Source: Octopus vulgaris
Taxonomy: Eukaryota
Length of the DNA stretch: 64,000 nt
Reading direction: 5' to 3'
Assembly: GCA_951406725.2 (NCBI GenBank)
Contig: OX597816.1
Location: 1,860,001 to 1,924,000, forward strand
Shown here: in pieces, positions 1 to 13,570 of the stretch
Layout of the letters: each line of letters starts with the position of its first letter
How positions within the stretch are numbered: the first letter of the stretch is position 1
Notes under the pieces: generated by a model
Seen by the model: only the letters and a program-made list of their open reading frames with translations
The model's database searches: none
Told to the model about the DNA's origin: nothing
Position numbers and translations under genes: made by a program

Positions 1-360
1 AAATAAACATATGAATCCTTAAACACCAGCAGAAGTGCCAGACCCAGGGGTTTACCATATCAGAGCCACAGAATGCAACACAGTCAATCTTTGAATCCTA
101 ATTAATTAGTTTAAACCTTCATTAAACAACAGACAAGGACGCATGAAACTGACTGGTTACTATAACAACGCCCATCTACACATCTCTCTACTGCCTCCCA
201 CACATCTGAGTAAAGATAACAGCTTTATACTGTCTCTAGTCTCCACCCTCACTGTGTCCTGATGAAGTGGTTCTAACCCCAAAATATCAAAGAAATACAA
301 AAGTAAAACATTAACTGTTCCGTTTTCCATTTTTGCATTTCATTTAGCATTGTTTCAGCT
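1..360 (+). mobile_element. Decayed Penelope-like element 3' end (GIY-YIG C-terminus plus degenerate hammerhead core)
   Basis: ~91-130 reads (with a frameshift and a stop) FES-LIN*FKPSLNNRQG, like the 'E.llI...kPsLN' end of PLE endonucleases; CTGATGA-A at ~259-266 is followed by a decayed stem II. Confidence 0.45.
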
Positions 361-1359
361 TTTTAACAAGTTTTAATCTTATTCTTGTATTCATTTGAGA
401 ACAAGGGGTGGGGAAATTCTAGTAACCTTAAAATATTATCAAGTAATTTCTGAGCAAATATGAACCAATGTGGAGATATCAGTGCTGAAACTAACACCAC
501 ACACAACACACCACATATAATTATTTTTAAATGCCATTTGCTGACATTTTTTTTTCTTTTTTTGTGAAACATATTAAACTTTACCAATAATCATCTTGTC
601 TACCAATGGCATATGTTCAATTTTGGAATTCTTATTTCCTGTGCCAGATGGCTGCAAGCCAACATGCTTGCCATGTTTATATGTATATATATATGTGTGT
701 GTGTGTGTATAGTTTATCAACGTCAATTATTCATCAAATGAGCATGGATCTTCTAACCAGCATCTGTGTCACCACAGCCTTCATCCTGAACACACACACA
801 CACACAATCAAATAACAGACAAATATAGAATCCTCAAAGAATTCTTTAAAAACATTGAAACTAAAAATACATATGAGATTAAAATAATTATAAGCAAATA
901 AAGCGGGGGAGGGGGGGGGTCGAGTGGGGTCCTGCAGCAGAAAATGCTATGAAAAAAAAAACAGAATTATCAGATCAAACATTGAATGCAAATCAAAATG
1001 GTTATATTGGAGTGTTCCTTGAAGGTTATCAAGTCTATTGTCATCATCATCATCATTAACATCCATCCACCATGCTGGCACCGAGTTGGAAGTTTGACAC
1101 GGTCTGATGGGTTAAAGGACTGCAGCGGGCCGTAAGGCCTGTTTACACATGTCACTTCATCAACATTTTAACGTCCACTTTTTCATGTTTGTATGAATTG
1201 AAAAGAGTTGATTTGAGGCAGATCTTCTTTGGCCAGACAGGCTTTCACAGAAGACAGGAAATGAATGAAACTGCTTGTATGACAGTGACACTCATTTACA
1301 ACTGGAAACACAAACACTCACACATGTATAGATGTGTGTGTGTGTGTGTGTGTGTGTGT

Positions 1360-1695
1360 ATAAAGACCCCCTTCGGACATGAATAACCATGGGATTGCAC
1401 CTAGAAAGATCCCCTCCAAGGCGCAAGTGCAGGGAATGTTATTTATGGAAGACCAGCAGTCAGCCATGCATACCAGCCTCCACTCTCCATGCCACTGGTG
1501 TTACCCAAGGGATGGGCAAAGGCCAATACAGTGTGGCACCAGTGACATTGCGACTTATTTCTACAGGTGAGTGAACTGAAGCAACGTGAAATAAAATGTT
1601 TTGCTCAAGAACACGAAACACACAACCCGGTGCAGGAAGTGAACTCACTATCTCATGATTGTGCACCCAATGCTCCAACCACTGAGCCGTGCACC
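1360..1695 (-). mobile_element. tRNA-derived SINE (family D)
   Basis: Minus-strand head GGCTCAGTGGTTGGAGC...GAGTTCACTTCC (A/B boxes) followed by GTGTTCTTGAGCAAAAC core; related heads at ~5866-5985 (+) and ~44400-44630 (-). Confidence 0.7.
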
Positions 1696-1729
1696 TTATA
1701 TATGAATGATAATGTGTACCCATGGTTGC

Positions 1730-1928
1730 AGCATGTAGAAAGCACTTGTGTTGGTGCCACGTAGAAAGCCCCCAGTATGCTCTGTAAAGTGGTTGGTGTT
1801 AGGAAGGACATCCAGCCACAGAAACCTTGCCAAAACAGACATCTGTAGCTCTTCAGTTTGCCAGCTCCTGTCAAACCATCCAACCCATGCCAACATGGAA
1901 GGCAGACATTAGATGATGATGATGATGG
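1730..1928 (+). mobile_element. RTE-LINE 3' tail copy (family C)
   Basis: GTGGTTGGTGTTAGGAAGGACATCCAGC...CCAACCCATGCCAACATGGAA followed by a (GAT)n tail. Confidence 0.75.
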
Positions 1929-2366
1929 TTTCTTTCAGTTTCCATCTTTGAAATCCAACTAAGAAAGTTTTTGTCAGGCTATTTTGATTTTGAAAATTCA
2001 AGACAGGCTGAATTATCAGATTCCAAAATGTTTACCCTTTGCTCTTTCTACAAAAAATTGATATTTTATGTTTTCTTTCAACTTTTATCCAACTCAGAAT
2101 TTTTGATGCTGATTATATCAACAATGTCCTTCAAAGAGATTTTTATGGTTACATTCAGGGTACAATAGAGCAAGGGATACAAATATCATAACAAGACAAA
2201 ATAAGGAAGTCAATACGAAGGATTTTACAAGACAAAATGTTTGTCATAGATAATCCATATTTTACAAAAGAATCTGGAAGAATTTATTTAACAATAAGAA
2301 CTAGGTAATTCAAAAGTTTACAACTCGTATTTAGTTTTCAGATTTTGGTTTAATAAAAACCCTTAA

Positions 2367-2588
2367 CCCTTTTGATACCAACCCAGCTGAAACTGCCTCT
2401 GGCTCTGTAGTACAAATGTCTTGTTTTCATAAGTTTTGAATTAAAATCTTCCACCAAACCTTAGTCGCAATTTATGTTCCTGACACTAGCTTAATGATAA
2501 CTAAGTTATTTGACTAAATTCTTTGTTATATCAAAAATTAATTGAAAGAAACACAGAGTACCTCAACAGAAATATGGTAACAGAAGGG
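2367..2588. mobile_element. piggyBac-type MITE
   Basis: TTAA|CCCTTTTGATACCA ... TGGTAACAGAAGGG|TTAA: CCC/GGG termini, imperfect ~14-bp TIR, TTAA at both flanks (2363-2366, 2589-2592). Confidence 0.8.
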
Positions 2589-3039
2589 TTAAGGCATCCA
2601 TTTCTTTCAAAGGTCCTTCCTCCACCTGTCTAAAGGACTAATATTTTGTGCAATGTCCTCTTATTCTGAAATTCCTGAACCATTGTAGAGTCTGTTCCCT
2701 ACAAGTCACTTCATAACTTGCGCGTGGCTGGTGGAGAGCTGATCTGATTCGGGTCTGTTCAAAGGATTAGATAAAGACCAATACAGATACTTCGGTAATG
2801 TTTAACATTGATGTGATCTTTGGCACTAAGAGTTCTCTGGATAATGGCAAACTGAATGCCAAAACTTGAACTTTGATAAGCTTCTTTCATTCTTTAAATT
2901 TAATTTACTATGTACAACACAGCAGCAGAAGGCCCTCACACTGAACTAAAAGGATATTTCCAGCAAACCTTTAAACATGAGCATAACAATTTTTTTCATC
3001 AAGTTATGATGAAAAAGATATCAGACTCATTCAAAATTA

Positions 3040-3880
3040 AATCCTTGATTAGATCAGTCTAATAATAAAGGTGCAGATCAATTTCTTATATCCTGTGCAT
3101 GGTATCTTTAACATGGGAAACCAACTCAATTTCTGCCTGAGTTTATTTTACCAATATTAAGTGAGCAACCATCATCATATGCATAAGTGCTAACAGAACA
3201 TGAACCCAATTTTGTTTCAGAAGTCTTATTGTGCAAAAATTACAATAAGCATTCCATTTCAACATTCTATTTGCAGTCTAATGGTATCCTTTTGGGTATT
3301 TGTTTAGTAAAAATTAAGGTTACAAATGTCTACAAGCAACATTCTTCTTCCAAAATTACTAAAGTGATCCATTACTAAAGTTTCTTTCACTGACAAAGAA
3401 TGATGCAGACATGAGAGTTTGTCATCTGCTGCCTCCCTGTATGGGCCCTGTTTATGTGATTAGATCACAAACAAGAAATTATACCCCTATTAGAAAGGAA
3501 GGTATACTTTGGGGTTAATCTAGTGATCAGCTTAACAGGTTTCATCAATGTGAAATCTAAGTATATTTGGCAGTTCAATTTCCCTTTAATCTGCCAAATT
3601 ATGGACTTCAACCAGGTGTCACAATATCAAAATATCTCCTCAACTCTTGAAGACAATTTAGAGGTCAAAAATAGATTTTTGACAAAATTTTAGTCGAAAA
3701 AACATGTGCCCATGCCCTTGCATGGCCACCTTTCAAGAAAAAAAAAGCCAAAATTGTTGGCAAAATTCCACAAGAAGGTTTCGTCTCTCCACTGTGTCAG
3801 GGTCATATTAAAAGGGTCAGGGAAGACTAATTTTCAGAAAGGATGCATTATCAATGGAAATGTCGCAAGTTGACCATTTT
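3040..3880 (-). mobile_element. Highly decayed Helitron (PIF1-type helicase) fragment
   Basis: Frameshifted minus-strand pieces in the expected order: SCGILPTI..LKGGH..AHMFF (cf. ASSGIAATLLPGGRTAHS), IDET, GV*FLVCDL (cf. LAGDFRQ), AADDKLSCL (cf. PADELNACL). Confidence 0.45.
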
Positions 3881-3937
3881 AAAGAATTAGAGAGCAAGAC
3901 ACACGCTCATACTCTGAAGTACAATGGCTGTGAGGTG

Positions 3938-4083
3938 AATGTGCCAGGGGCTACCAGGGGCCACAAGATCACAAGTTCAATCTAGGTTAATGTGCCAGGG
4001 GCAACTAGGGACTACAAGATCACAAGTTCAATCTAGGTGCCAGGGGCAACTAGGAACTACAAGATCACAAGTTCAATCTAGTT
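3938..4083. repeat. Tandem repeat, 3 copies of ~47-51 bp
   Basis: GTGCCAGGGGC...ACAAGATCACAAGTTCAATCTAGGT occurs three times in tandem. Confidence 0.85.
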
Positions 4084-4585
4084 ACAGCTATTGTGTTATT
4101 TCTAAGAACAGAAAAAAAAAACCCTGCCACCTCTGGTTTCCTGGCTGGAGTCTAATTTTCATTCCTACTTCACAGTTTGAGTGAGGGGCAGGAGAAAGGG
4201 TATAAGGGCATCCAATTGTGAAACAGCTCCAACAAATAGTCTATCCTTAGAAAAGTAGGAAAATAAATGTAAGAACAAATTCTTACACAAAATAATTTCT
4301 AAGCTTAACAAGACAATAATGGTAAAAAGAGCTTCTCTTTTTACCATTCAGGTAAAAGGCCAAACATTTTGAGAGGGGGGGGGGGGCAAAGAGTTAGTTG
4401 ATACCATTTATCCCAGGACTTGACTGGCATTTCATTTCGCTGACTCTGGAAGGACGAAAGGCAAAGGCAACCACATTGAAATTTGAACTCATTACATAAA
4501 GAACAAGAATAGTGTTTCTAATTTAGGCCTATTATTAAAAATCACAAATTGTCGTCATCATCATTATTATTATTATTATTAATTA

Positions 4586-4810
4586 AGGTGGTGAGCTAAC
4601 GAAATCGTTAGCACACCGGACAAAATGCTTAGTGGCATTTCAGCCATCTTTACATCCTGACTTTAAAATCCAGTGAGGTCAACTTTGCCTTTCATCATTT
4701 TGGGGGGGGTCGATGAAATACCAGTTATATACTAGGATCAATGTAATTGACTTGTCCCTATCCTCAAAATTTCATGCTTTGAGCTTATAGTAGAAAGGAT
4801 TATTATTATC
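4586..4810 (+). mobile_element. tRNA-derived SINE (family A), diverged copy
   Basis: AGGTGGTGAGCTAAC head and GGTCAACTTTGCCTTTCATC central box, matching 35258-35489. Confidence 0.65.
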
Positions 4811-5139
4811 ATAAAGGTGATGAGTGGAGACAAAATGCTGCTGCCAAGCCAAGTAATATGTCCTCCTGGCTACAGGTTTCCATGGAAATTTGCAAATGAA
4901 GGACACTGCTTGGATGATAGTTTTTGCTTGTTTACAACTATTGTGTGATATCAAAGCAAGGAAACACACATTTCTTTCAGTTTCTGTCTACCAAATGCAC
5001 TCAAAAGCTTTTGATCAGCCTTTTGCTATTGCAGAAGACATTTTTCCAAGATACCATGCAGTGGGACTGAACCCAAAACCATGTGATGGGGAAGCAAACT
5101 TCTTAATCACACAGCCATGCCAGTGCCTAGGAACAAGGG

Positions 5140-5340
5140 AGAAAACATTTTGGGTGATATTACCTGTGTTGGTACCAAAAAGGGTTCTGTCTCAGAGAAG
5201 GGTAAATGGTTTAATGACATGCACAAAGTGTTAAGCTACATGGTAATAAAACATGGATATTGCATGTAGAGGATAATGTAGCAAATGCAGAAAGACTGGA
5301 CAGAAATTAGGCATGGATGCTCCTCTGGATATATAATGAA
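5140..5340 (+). mobile_element. Decayed RTE-LINE ORF2 C-terminal fragment
   Basis: FWVILPVLV...LHGNKTW...ERLDRN pieces are homologous to the better-preserved copy at 49160-49660. Confidence 0.45.
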
Positions 5341-6224
5341 GGGACAAAATGAAAATGAGCTGAAAGAAAAAGGGATCAGTCCTGTGAGGTACAAATGTCT
5401 TATAATCTAGCTTATGAGGTACAAAGGTTTTATGACCAACCGTGTATTGTACAAATGTGTCTTGTTGCTGTGTATGTGTGTGTGTATATGAATGTGTATC
5501 TGTGTGTGCATTTGAATATATTATCTGCTTTTATAAGCAAAACAAACCCTACTACTTAAAGCATTTGCTATGACTTCATTTTCTTTTTTAAATCCAAAAA
5601 TCAAAGCAGTTGTAGTATAAAGACAAGGTGTTGGCTATGTTAGACTTTTTCTCACATTATAAAGTTTCAAAATAACAACAAAAAAAAAGAAAGGTATGCA
5701 TATTGATAATGTTTTTGGTTGAGTGATCAAAATCTATTTAAGCTTAGTCATAAGGTTAGGACATGACTTGCAGTAATAAGAGGCAAGGTGTTAAACACGC
5801 CACAAAGCTTATTCTGCTCTTAGCTAGGACAGTCTTTTAAACTTTATTTTCTGTCGATAAGAAAGACACATGGCCTAGTGGTTGGGGTGTGGTACTCCTG
5901 ATTGCGAGATCATGGGTTTGAATCCCGGGGTGGGCAGCATGTTGTGTTCTTGAGCAAAACACTTCATTTCACATTGCTCTAATGCTGTGTGGGGATGGGC
6001 CTGTCAAAGAATGGACCCAATGGTTCCCTCTGCCTGTCATAAAAAGGCAAATAAAAGGGGTTGAGGTAGGATTTGCACTCTGACCTCGTAAAAACCTCAC
6101 CAGCAATAACTACCCAAACAGACCCATGGGTTGGAGGGTTTTCACCTGAAGAGGACAAAAGTGTCATCTGCCAGGAGTTGTAGGGAGTCACCAACAAATG
6201 GTGGGTGCAGAGATACATGGTTAC

Positions 6225-6730
6225 AATGCATGACTGGCATCTGTGCTAGCGGGGTGCAAAGAGCACCATACAAGTGTCATCATTGACAGAGCGGCACCAT
6301 TCGAGCATGATCGTTACCAGTGTCACCTTACTGGCACTCGAGCCCTGTGCTAGTAGGGTATTAAGTGCACCATCCAAGCGTGATCGTTGCCAGAGTGGCT
6401 ATCTGGCCTCCGTGCCAGTGGCACGTAAAAGGCACCATTCGAGTGTGATTGTTACAAGCATTGCCTTACTGGCACCTGTGCCAGTGGCATGTGTAAAAGA
6501 TTCGAGCGAGGTCGTTGCCAGTACCGCCTGACTGGCCCCGTGCCGGTGGCACATAAAAGCACCCACTACACTCTCGGAGTGGTTGGCATTGGGAAGGGCA
6601 TCCAGCTGTAGAAACTCTGCCAGATCAAGATTGAAGCCTGGTGCAGCCATCTGGTTCGCCAGCCCTCAGTCATTCGTCCAACCCATGCTAGCATGGAGAA
6701 CAGACGTTAAAGGATGATCATGATGATGAT
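6225..6730 (+). mobile_element. RTE-LINE 3' UTR/tail copy with multiple ~55-60 bp hairpin repeats
   Basis: Several GTGCC(N3)GGCAC-A-tract-GCACC units, then CACTACACTCTCGGAGTGGTTGGC core and (GAT)n tail. Confidence 0.8.
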
Positions 6731-7239
6731 AAATACCACCTCCAAAAAACTACAAATAAAAGAAATATAATTCTAGTCAAAGGCAAAAGAAACAACTCCC
6801 AGATTAAGAGGCCACAGTCCCTAATTTATGGAAAACATGACCACAAGTTTAAACTTTACTGCAATCACTGTTTTGAATGCTTCAATTCACATAGCTGACA
6901 TTAAGGCTATGGTTAATTAATCAACACTTATGATGCCAATCAAATTCCTGTCTGTTCAAAAATTACAGAAATCTCCAGATTTTCTAAAAATCTTTATAGA
7001 TTACCTGAAGGCATGAAAAAAAAACCCAAAAACCCAGCAATAAAATTATGAAAAGAGCAGCTGTTGCTGCTTAGTTTCAGGTGACGCCTGAGTAGATTTA
7101 TGGTAGAAGTCATTCTAGCTGCAAGAAGCAGTTTGTAAATCATCATCATCATCATCATCAAGACAATTGAAAACATCAGGAAGAATGAGGGGGGGGTGAA
7201 AATGTTTTCGATTTCCTTCCCAAATAGAAAGATCAACTC

Positions 7240-7458
7240 TTTTAATACCGACCCACCTAAGGCTGCCCTTCATTCTTTGACACAAACTTGCCTGGTTTAA
7301 AGTGATTTGAATGAAAAACCTTCCTTGAAAATTTCAGGTTGATTTAGGTTCCAAACACCAGATTAATAATAAAATTATTTTAGTAAATTCTTCATTATTT
7401 TCAAAATTAATTGAAACAAAGGCAGTGGATTTCAGGAGAATGGGTTCTGTGGGGTTAG
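7240..7458. mobile_element. Diverged piggyBac-type MITE copy
   Basis: Internal AAATTCTTCATTATTTTCAAAATTAATTGAAACAAAGGCAGTG is shared with the 2367 and 20083 copies. Confidence 0.55.
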
Positions 7459-7699
7459 TATCGGTACAAGAGGTTGTTCAGAAACAAGGTATCAATGAAA
7501 TGTGAAGAACTTGGCTGCTAGATGAAGAAATAAATGATCTAGTCAACCATGGGTGTTAAGGTACGAAATAAAAGAGTTGCAAGACTTTGAGAGGGAGTTT
7601 GTGAAATACTGAAAGTATGAGGAATAGGGGCCAGCAATGAGTATTTCAAAATGCAACAACACCAGTGGTGATGAAGAAGAAGTCACTTTAGGGGCCTCA

Positions 7700-7905
7700 A
7701 ACCAAAGGATTTAATCAAAGAATTAATGGAAAAAGTGAAATGTAAATAGTAGAAAAGTTGATCTGAATAGGATAAAGTTTAAATTAGAAGCGGAACACAG
7801 GATGCAGATGTGTTATTTCTGGTGAGATAAGCATCAGTGATGTCTCTTGCATACAAGTATCTTATCTTGTGGTTGTTGACCTACAAAAGGGATTTGAAGA
7901 GTGTC
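7700..7905 (+). mobile_element. Decayed RTE-LINE RT fragment
   Basis: VDLNRIKF..DVLFLVR..YLVVVDLQKGFE, homologous to VNLDEVQLGF..DAIFLVRQ..LAFVDLQKAFD at 37481-37680. Confidence 0.45.
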
Positions 7906-8842
7906 AAGAAATAATGCCTGCTTTGCTCAATTGGCCAGGATGATGCTCAATGGCCATTTTACATCTAGGGCTTATCTGTCTGTCTCCCCGTCTATCTTAT
8001 CTCTCTATCCATCCGGCTTTAGACTCTTTACCCATCCTCCATTTCTCAACGTTGTTGCAGTGGAATTCTTGCAGAGAAATTATTTGATTCAAACTGGAAA
8101 ATCAAACCCAAGTTTTCACATTAATTATCTGCTTATGTCAATTAGTTAATACTTGATAATACAAACAGGCTCCCATGAAATGTTACCCTAGCTTTTTGGA
8201 ATCTAAATAAATTCCATAAGTGATTGTTCCCCTCAAATTGGCCTTAAGGTAGGATACTCATTCTCAAAGACGTTCCAGCCATGATCATTCTGTCTTGTTC
8301 CTCTTTTCATTTTTTTTTTTGTCAAATATTATTTTAGCCAATAGTGGTGCCCCAGCATGGCCACAATTTCTGGCTGAAGTTGATAATGGAATAATAAAAT
8401 ATCCAATGAGTTTCTTCATTTTTAAGACAATAGAGCATGATGTGAGAAAACTGGCTACTATTTCTAGCAAGTTGAGCCATATAATGACTTCTTTCTTGTA
8501 AAGGGCATCCAGCAAGTACAAAGTGGTTGAAGGTAATGGTAGGGAAAAGATGATTGCCTTTTATTCTCTCTAAATAAAAGATTAGCTGTAATAGAAGATA
8601 CACAGTTAAACTAAAGAATTCAATCATTGCAGAAAACTGAACCAAGTCAGAATAATAAGATGGTGAGGAAAAATTTAATCAGATTCTGAGACTGATGGAA
8701 GGAATTTATCTTCTCTAGACACAAAACCTGGACCAAATACTAGCAATAGACAGGACTTCACTAAAAGAATCCAATGGCCAGAGAGTGTGATTAAACCAGG
8801 GGACAAAGTTCTCCATCCAAGTTGGAGTCTATGGAAAAGGAA

Positions 8843-9165
8843 ATCATCATCATCATCGTTTAACGTCCGTTTTCCATGCTGGCATGGGTTGGACGGTTCA
8901 ACCGGGGTCTGGGAAGCGAGGAGGCTGCACCAGGCTCCAGTCTGATCTGGCAATGTTTCTACATTGGATGCCCTTCCTAACGCCAACCACACCTTGAGTG
9001 TAGTAGGTGCTGTTTATGTACCATCGGCACAGGTGCCAGGCGAGGCTGGCAACGGCCATGATCGGTTGGTGCTTTTTACGTGCCACCGGCACGGAGGCCA
9101 GTCAAGGCGGCGCTGGCATCGACCACATATGGATGGTGCATTTTACGTGCCACCAGCACAGGTAT
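8843..9165 (-). mobile_element. RTE-LINE 3' tail copy (family C)
   Basis: (ATC)n CGTTTAACGTCCGTTTTCCATGCTGGCATGGGTTGG is the reverse complement of the family tail. Confidence 0.8.
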
Positions 9166-10879
9166 CACTACTACAATTTCCATTTGTATTGACATTTTCC
9201 AGGAATGTTGTTGATTTATCTAAGTTTAGTTGGTTATACATCTAGAAATGATGCTAATATACAAAGGAAATAACACTAATGAAATTGCTGAGATACTTGT
9301 CATCTAGAGTGAGTTCTTGGAAACACATTATATAATAAAATATAAGCTGACAGGTTGAATAGACTAAATTCAATTGTGAAATCTGTGGAATCATGTAACA
9401 ATATATCTGTGGAATCGTGTAACAATATATCTGTAAAGTGTAACATATAAAGAAGAAAAAACAACTGTAAAGTAGTTTCACAAAACCTGTTGCAACAATC
9501 ACTCCTAAGTCACACTTGGTTCACTGGGTCTGTAGTGTTATTAGCACAAGAGATAACTGGGACTAATTGATGTACATAAATATTTAAGGTCATTCAGCAA
9601 AGCAGACACTGCAGTATGATGCAGTCAAACGGTCTGAACCTATATCGGCATGAAAGATGGATATTAAATAATGATGATGATGATATTGAGGAAATAAAAG
9701 ACAGGAAAGAAAAACTGTAATTTTGAACTCATTAAAATCAAAATGAAATTCCCCTCATTAAAACAATGACAAATACAAACACCAGTTACATTGACTATCA
9801 TTAATTAATTGCTTGCCTGTTTTTTTTCATAATGTTAATTATTAAGCTGAATATTCAGTTGCCAATTAAACATTTATACACACACACACGTATATGCATA
9901 TATATGTTTGTGTGTGTGTGTGTGTGTGTGTAACGAGCAAAGTAGCTCGTTAGAAAATCTAAGAGATGAAAGTAGTAACTATTATGAGAAGTAATGCTTG
10001 TTGCCATTCCAATCTGGTTGTTCTGTACCAAACGATGTGGCTACCATTTTTAGGGGTTAAAAATGGTAATAAAAATGGTCAGTTCGTATGGAACAGCCAT
10101 GTTGAAATGGCAACAAACATTACTTCTTTTTCCTTCTCTCTCTCTCATGTGTGTGTATGTGTGTGTGTGTGTGTGCACATTCATATACACGATGATCATC
10201 ATTTGATGCCCATCTTCTCTGCGAGCATGGCTTGGGTGGTTTGACCAGATCCAATGGCTCAAAGAATTGTATCAAGCCCCCACACCTGCTTCAGCATAGT
10301 TTCTATGGGGCCAGGTACACTTCCTAACACCAAACACTTTACAAAGTGCACTGGGTGGGTTTTTTTTTACATTTTTCCTGCGGTACCAGCACCAGTGAGC
10401 TTGCTGATTAACTCACAAGACACACAAAAAAAAGATTCCTTGATAGATTGGGGTTGCAGTAGAGAGGAGGTTGGTTTCATGCCAGATGTTAAGAGATTAA
10501 ATTATGACAGGGACAAGTAGAGCTGTCTTGCTACTGAGGAGATATGCAGCTACCCTGCATCATATAAGGGTGGATGGGATTAGCTGGAAAGAAGGCAATG
10601 ATGGGGTGATGACGTGTCATAGTTTATTCTCAAGATACAAAGATGGGAAGTATAAGAGAGAATAGAAAGGGTCGTGAGGCAAGGGTTGTGAGAGGAGAGT
10701 GACAGATGGTTAGAGATAGGTATAGCCCCTACACACTGTTTGCTCCAATGAATAAGGTATAGAGCTATCTGCTCAAAAGTCATGAATTCAAATATACTAG
10801 ACCTTTTATTTCAGTTTGTTTGGCTGTTAAGAATACACAGCAGTCCAAAGGGCTGATGATATTCTGAACACAAAAACTC

Positions 10880-11282
10880 AAGGGATCTGGCTGTGTGGTT
10901 GCAGTGTTGTTAAAACTTGCCAACCACATGGTTTCAGTTTCAATCCTACTGTGTAACATTTTGGATAAGTGACCTCTACAATAGCCTCAGGGTAACCAAA
11001 GTCTTGAATGGATTTGATAGATGGAAAGTGGAAGCAGCCTATGTGAGAGAGAAGCTGGGTGAGTGGGAGTTTGTGGCTCCTTGACATCATCTGATAGTCG
11101 TAAATGAGTGTCACTGTCATACAGGCAGTGTACTTCATTTCAGATCTTCAGTGAAGACATGTTTGGCCATGGAGAAATACTACCTTGCTTCAAAACAGGT
11201 GAAGGTTGGCAACAGGAAGGGCATCTGGCAGGAGAAAATCTGCTTCAATGAATTCCATGTGACCCATGCCAGCATAGCAAAG

Positions 11283-11312
<30 letters not shown>
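10880..11312 (+). mobile_element. SINE (family B head with RTE-type 3' tail)
   Basis: TGGCTGTGTGGTT head, GGATTTGATAGATGGAAA core, AGGAAGGGCATCTGGC...CCCATGCCAGCATAG and (GAT)n end. Confidence 0.6.
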
Positions 11313-11313
<1 letters not shown>

Positions 11314-12096
11314 AAGCACTGACTGTTTATCACACCAAAGTGTAAGATAGATACACACACGTTATTAGTAAGCTTTGTTAAATTAATGACAATAGATAAC
11401 AAGGTAAAGGAGAAATCCCAATATCAATTCATTTGTAGATGTTGTGCTATTGTGATTTTATTTAAGTGGAGTAATTAATTATATTTTAGGATGAAAAATA
11501 AATATACTTAAATCCATTTTTTTTTTAGAGGACTTTACTCTTTAGTCATCACTAATCATATACACAAGCAAGAGACTAGTTCATATCTTGAAATGAGATC
11601 TATTGATCTCTTGTTATTGATTTCTCCCTAGATATGATCCGTACAACTTTCCCTTTATCTTGCCCAAGTCATTGTTCATTGAGGCATTTCTCAAACAATT
11701 CACAGAATTACTGCTGTCGCTGCTGCTGCTGTTGCTGTTTGAACCCCACGAAGAGGGGATTCTTGTGTACATACAAAAACTTCAAAGTCCCAAACAAGTT
11801 TCAAGCCCGTGCCTGCCTGCCTGTCTGCCAGTTCAGACATACCAAAGTTGTTACAGTCTTCGCAACAGCATGCAAACAGCCGTGGCGGTGGTGCTCCTCC
11901 TCGTTGAATGTCATCAGCAATTTAATCAGCGAAATGAAATCTATCTGATGTGGATAATTCAGGCTAAACAAAGCCTCCTCCTCCTCCTCCTCCTATGATG
12001 TCATCATTGACAAAAAAAACAAAAACCAAAATGAAAAAATACTCGTTATTTGTTATGGCTAAAACACTGAGTGCAATCAATGGTAAAGGGCTTACA

Positions 12097-12757
12097 GCAG
12101 TAGTAGCAGTAGTAGTAGTAGGTGTGGTGGTGGTGGGAATAGTAGTGGCAGAGGTGGTGGTGGTGGTGGAAGTGCTAGTAGCAGTGGTGACAGTGATAAC
12201 TGTGGTGGTGATAGTAGTAGTAGTAGAGGTGGTGGTGATAATAGTAGTAGAGGTGGTAGTGGTGGTGGTAGTAGTAGTGGTAGTAACAGTAGTAGAGGTG
12301 GTGGTGGTGGAAGTACTAGTAGCAGTGGTGATAGTGATAACTGTGGTGGTGATAATAGTAGTAGAGGTAGTGGTGGTGGTAGTTGTAGTAGTAGTAAAGG
12401 TGGTGGTGATAGTAGTAGTAGAGGTGGTGGTGATAGTAGTAGTAGAGGTGGTAGTGGTGGTGGTAGTAGTGGTGGTGGTGATAGTAGTAGTAGAGGTGGT
12501 GGTGGTGGTAGTAGTAGAGGTGGTGGTGATAGTAGTAGTAGAGGTGGTGGTGGTGGTAGTAGTAGAGGTGGTGGTGATAGTAGTAGTAGAGGTGGTGGTG
12601 ATAGTAGTAGTAGAGGTGGTGGTGATAGTAGTAGTAGTAGTAGTAGAGGTGGTGGTGATAGTAGTAGTAGAGGTGGTGGTGATAGTAGTAGTAGAGGTGG
12701 TGGTGGTAGTAGTAGTAGAGGTGGTGGTAGTGGTAGTAGAGATGGTGGTGGTGGTAG
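12097..12757. repeat. GTG/GTA trinucleotide-based minisatellite (~24-bp unit GAGGTGGTGGTGATAGTAGTAGTA)
   Basis: Visible directly; it produces the poly-V and poly-T ORFs. Confidence 0.95.
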
Positions 12758-13160
12758 AGGACAAAACTAGGTTAACCATTTAAATGTGAAATTTCCTTTC
12801 AGGAAACTGTTATGAAATACAAAAATAAGTGGTCGAGTTCACCTTAGAATCAGTTAAAATGTCTTTGTATTAAATTCAAAGTTTAAATGAAAACAATTTC
12901 GTAAAAAGCCGACAAGAGGTGACAGAACCAGTTGTTGCAGGTTTGAGCTGCAATTTGGAGATAAACCCTCCTCTTGACTTTTCCCCAGGTTTCAATTGGG
13001 AGGATTGAAACTGGTCTGTGTTTTCAGAGGAGAAAAAGAGAAAAAGAGAGACGGGGGACAGGGAAATAACAGGGAAATTGGGTTTTGAAAACTTTCGGTA
13101 AAGATATCGTCTGTCTCTTATCTTTTGACTTGTCCCACCCACTTTTTTTTTTTTTTTTTG

Positions 13161-13570
13161 GACAGTGGCCATGCTGGAGCACAGGCTTGATGGGTTTTAG
13201 TCAAACACATTGACTCTTGTACTTATTTTGGAGCCGGGTACTTGTCCAAGCAGTGTTTTGATGTCAAATTGATCAGCTACACAAAGGTAAATACACCAAC
13301 ATTGGTTTCCAAGTGCTGGCAGGAGACAAACACAATACACATGTCTGTGTGTGTGTGTGTGTGTGTGTATATGTATGTATATGTCTGTGTGTGTGTATAC
13401 ACACACACAAATATACAACAGGCTTCTTTCAGTTTCCATCTACCAAATTCACTCACAAAGCTTTGGCTGGCCCCAGTTTAGAGTAGAAGACGCCCAAAGT
13501 GCCACTCAGTGGGACTAAACTTGGGAGCACATGGAGGGGAAGCAAGGCTTCTCAACCACAGGGCCACACA
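13161..13570 (-). mobile_element. tRNA-derived SINE (family B), diverged
   Basis: GGCCATGCTGGAGCAC tail and TTCTTTCAGTTTCCATCTACCAAATTCACTCACAAAGC core on the reverse strand. Confidence 0.7.

Noticed and set aside
8540-9480. Possible piggyBac transposase remnant (Cys-rich end near 9375-9500)
   Set aside because: Similarity too faint to support by eye.
11964-12783. Poly-Thr / poly-Val ORFs
   Set aside because: Artefact of the trinucleotide-based tandem repeat.
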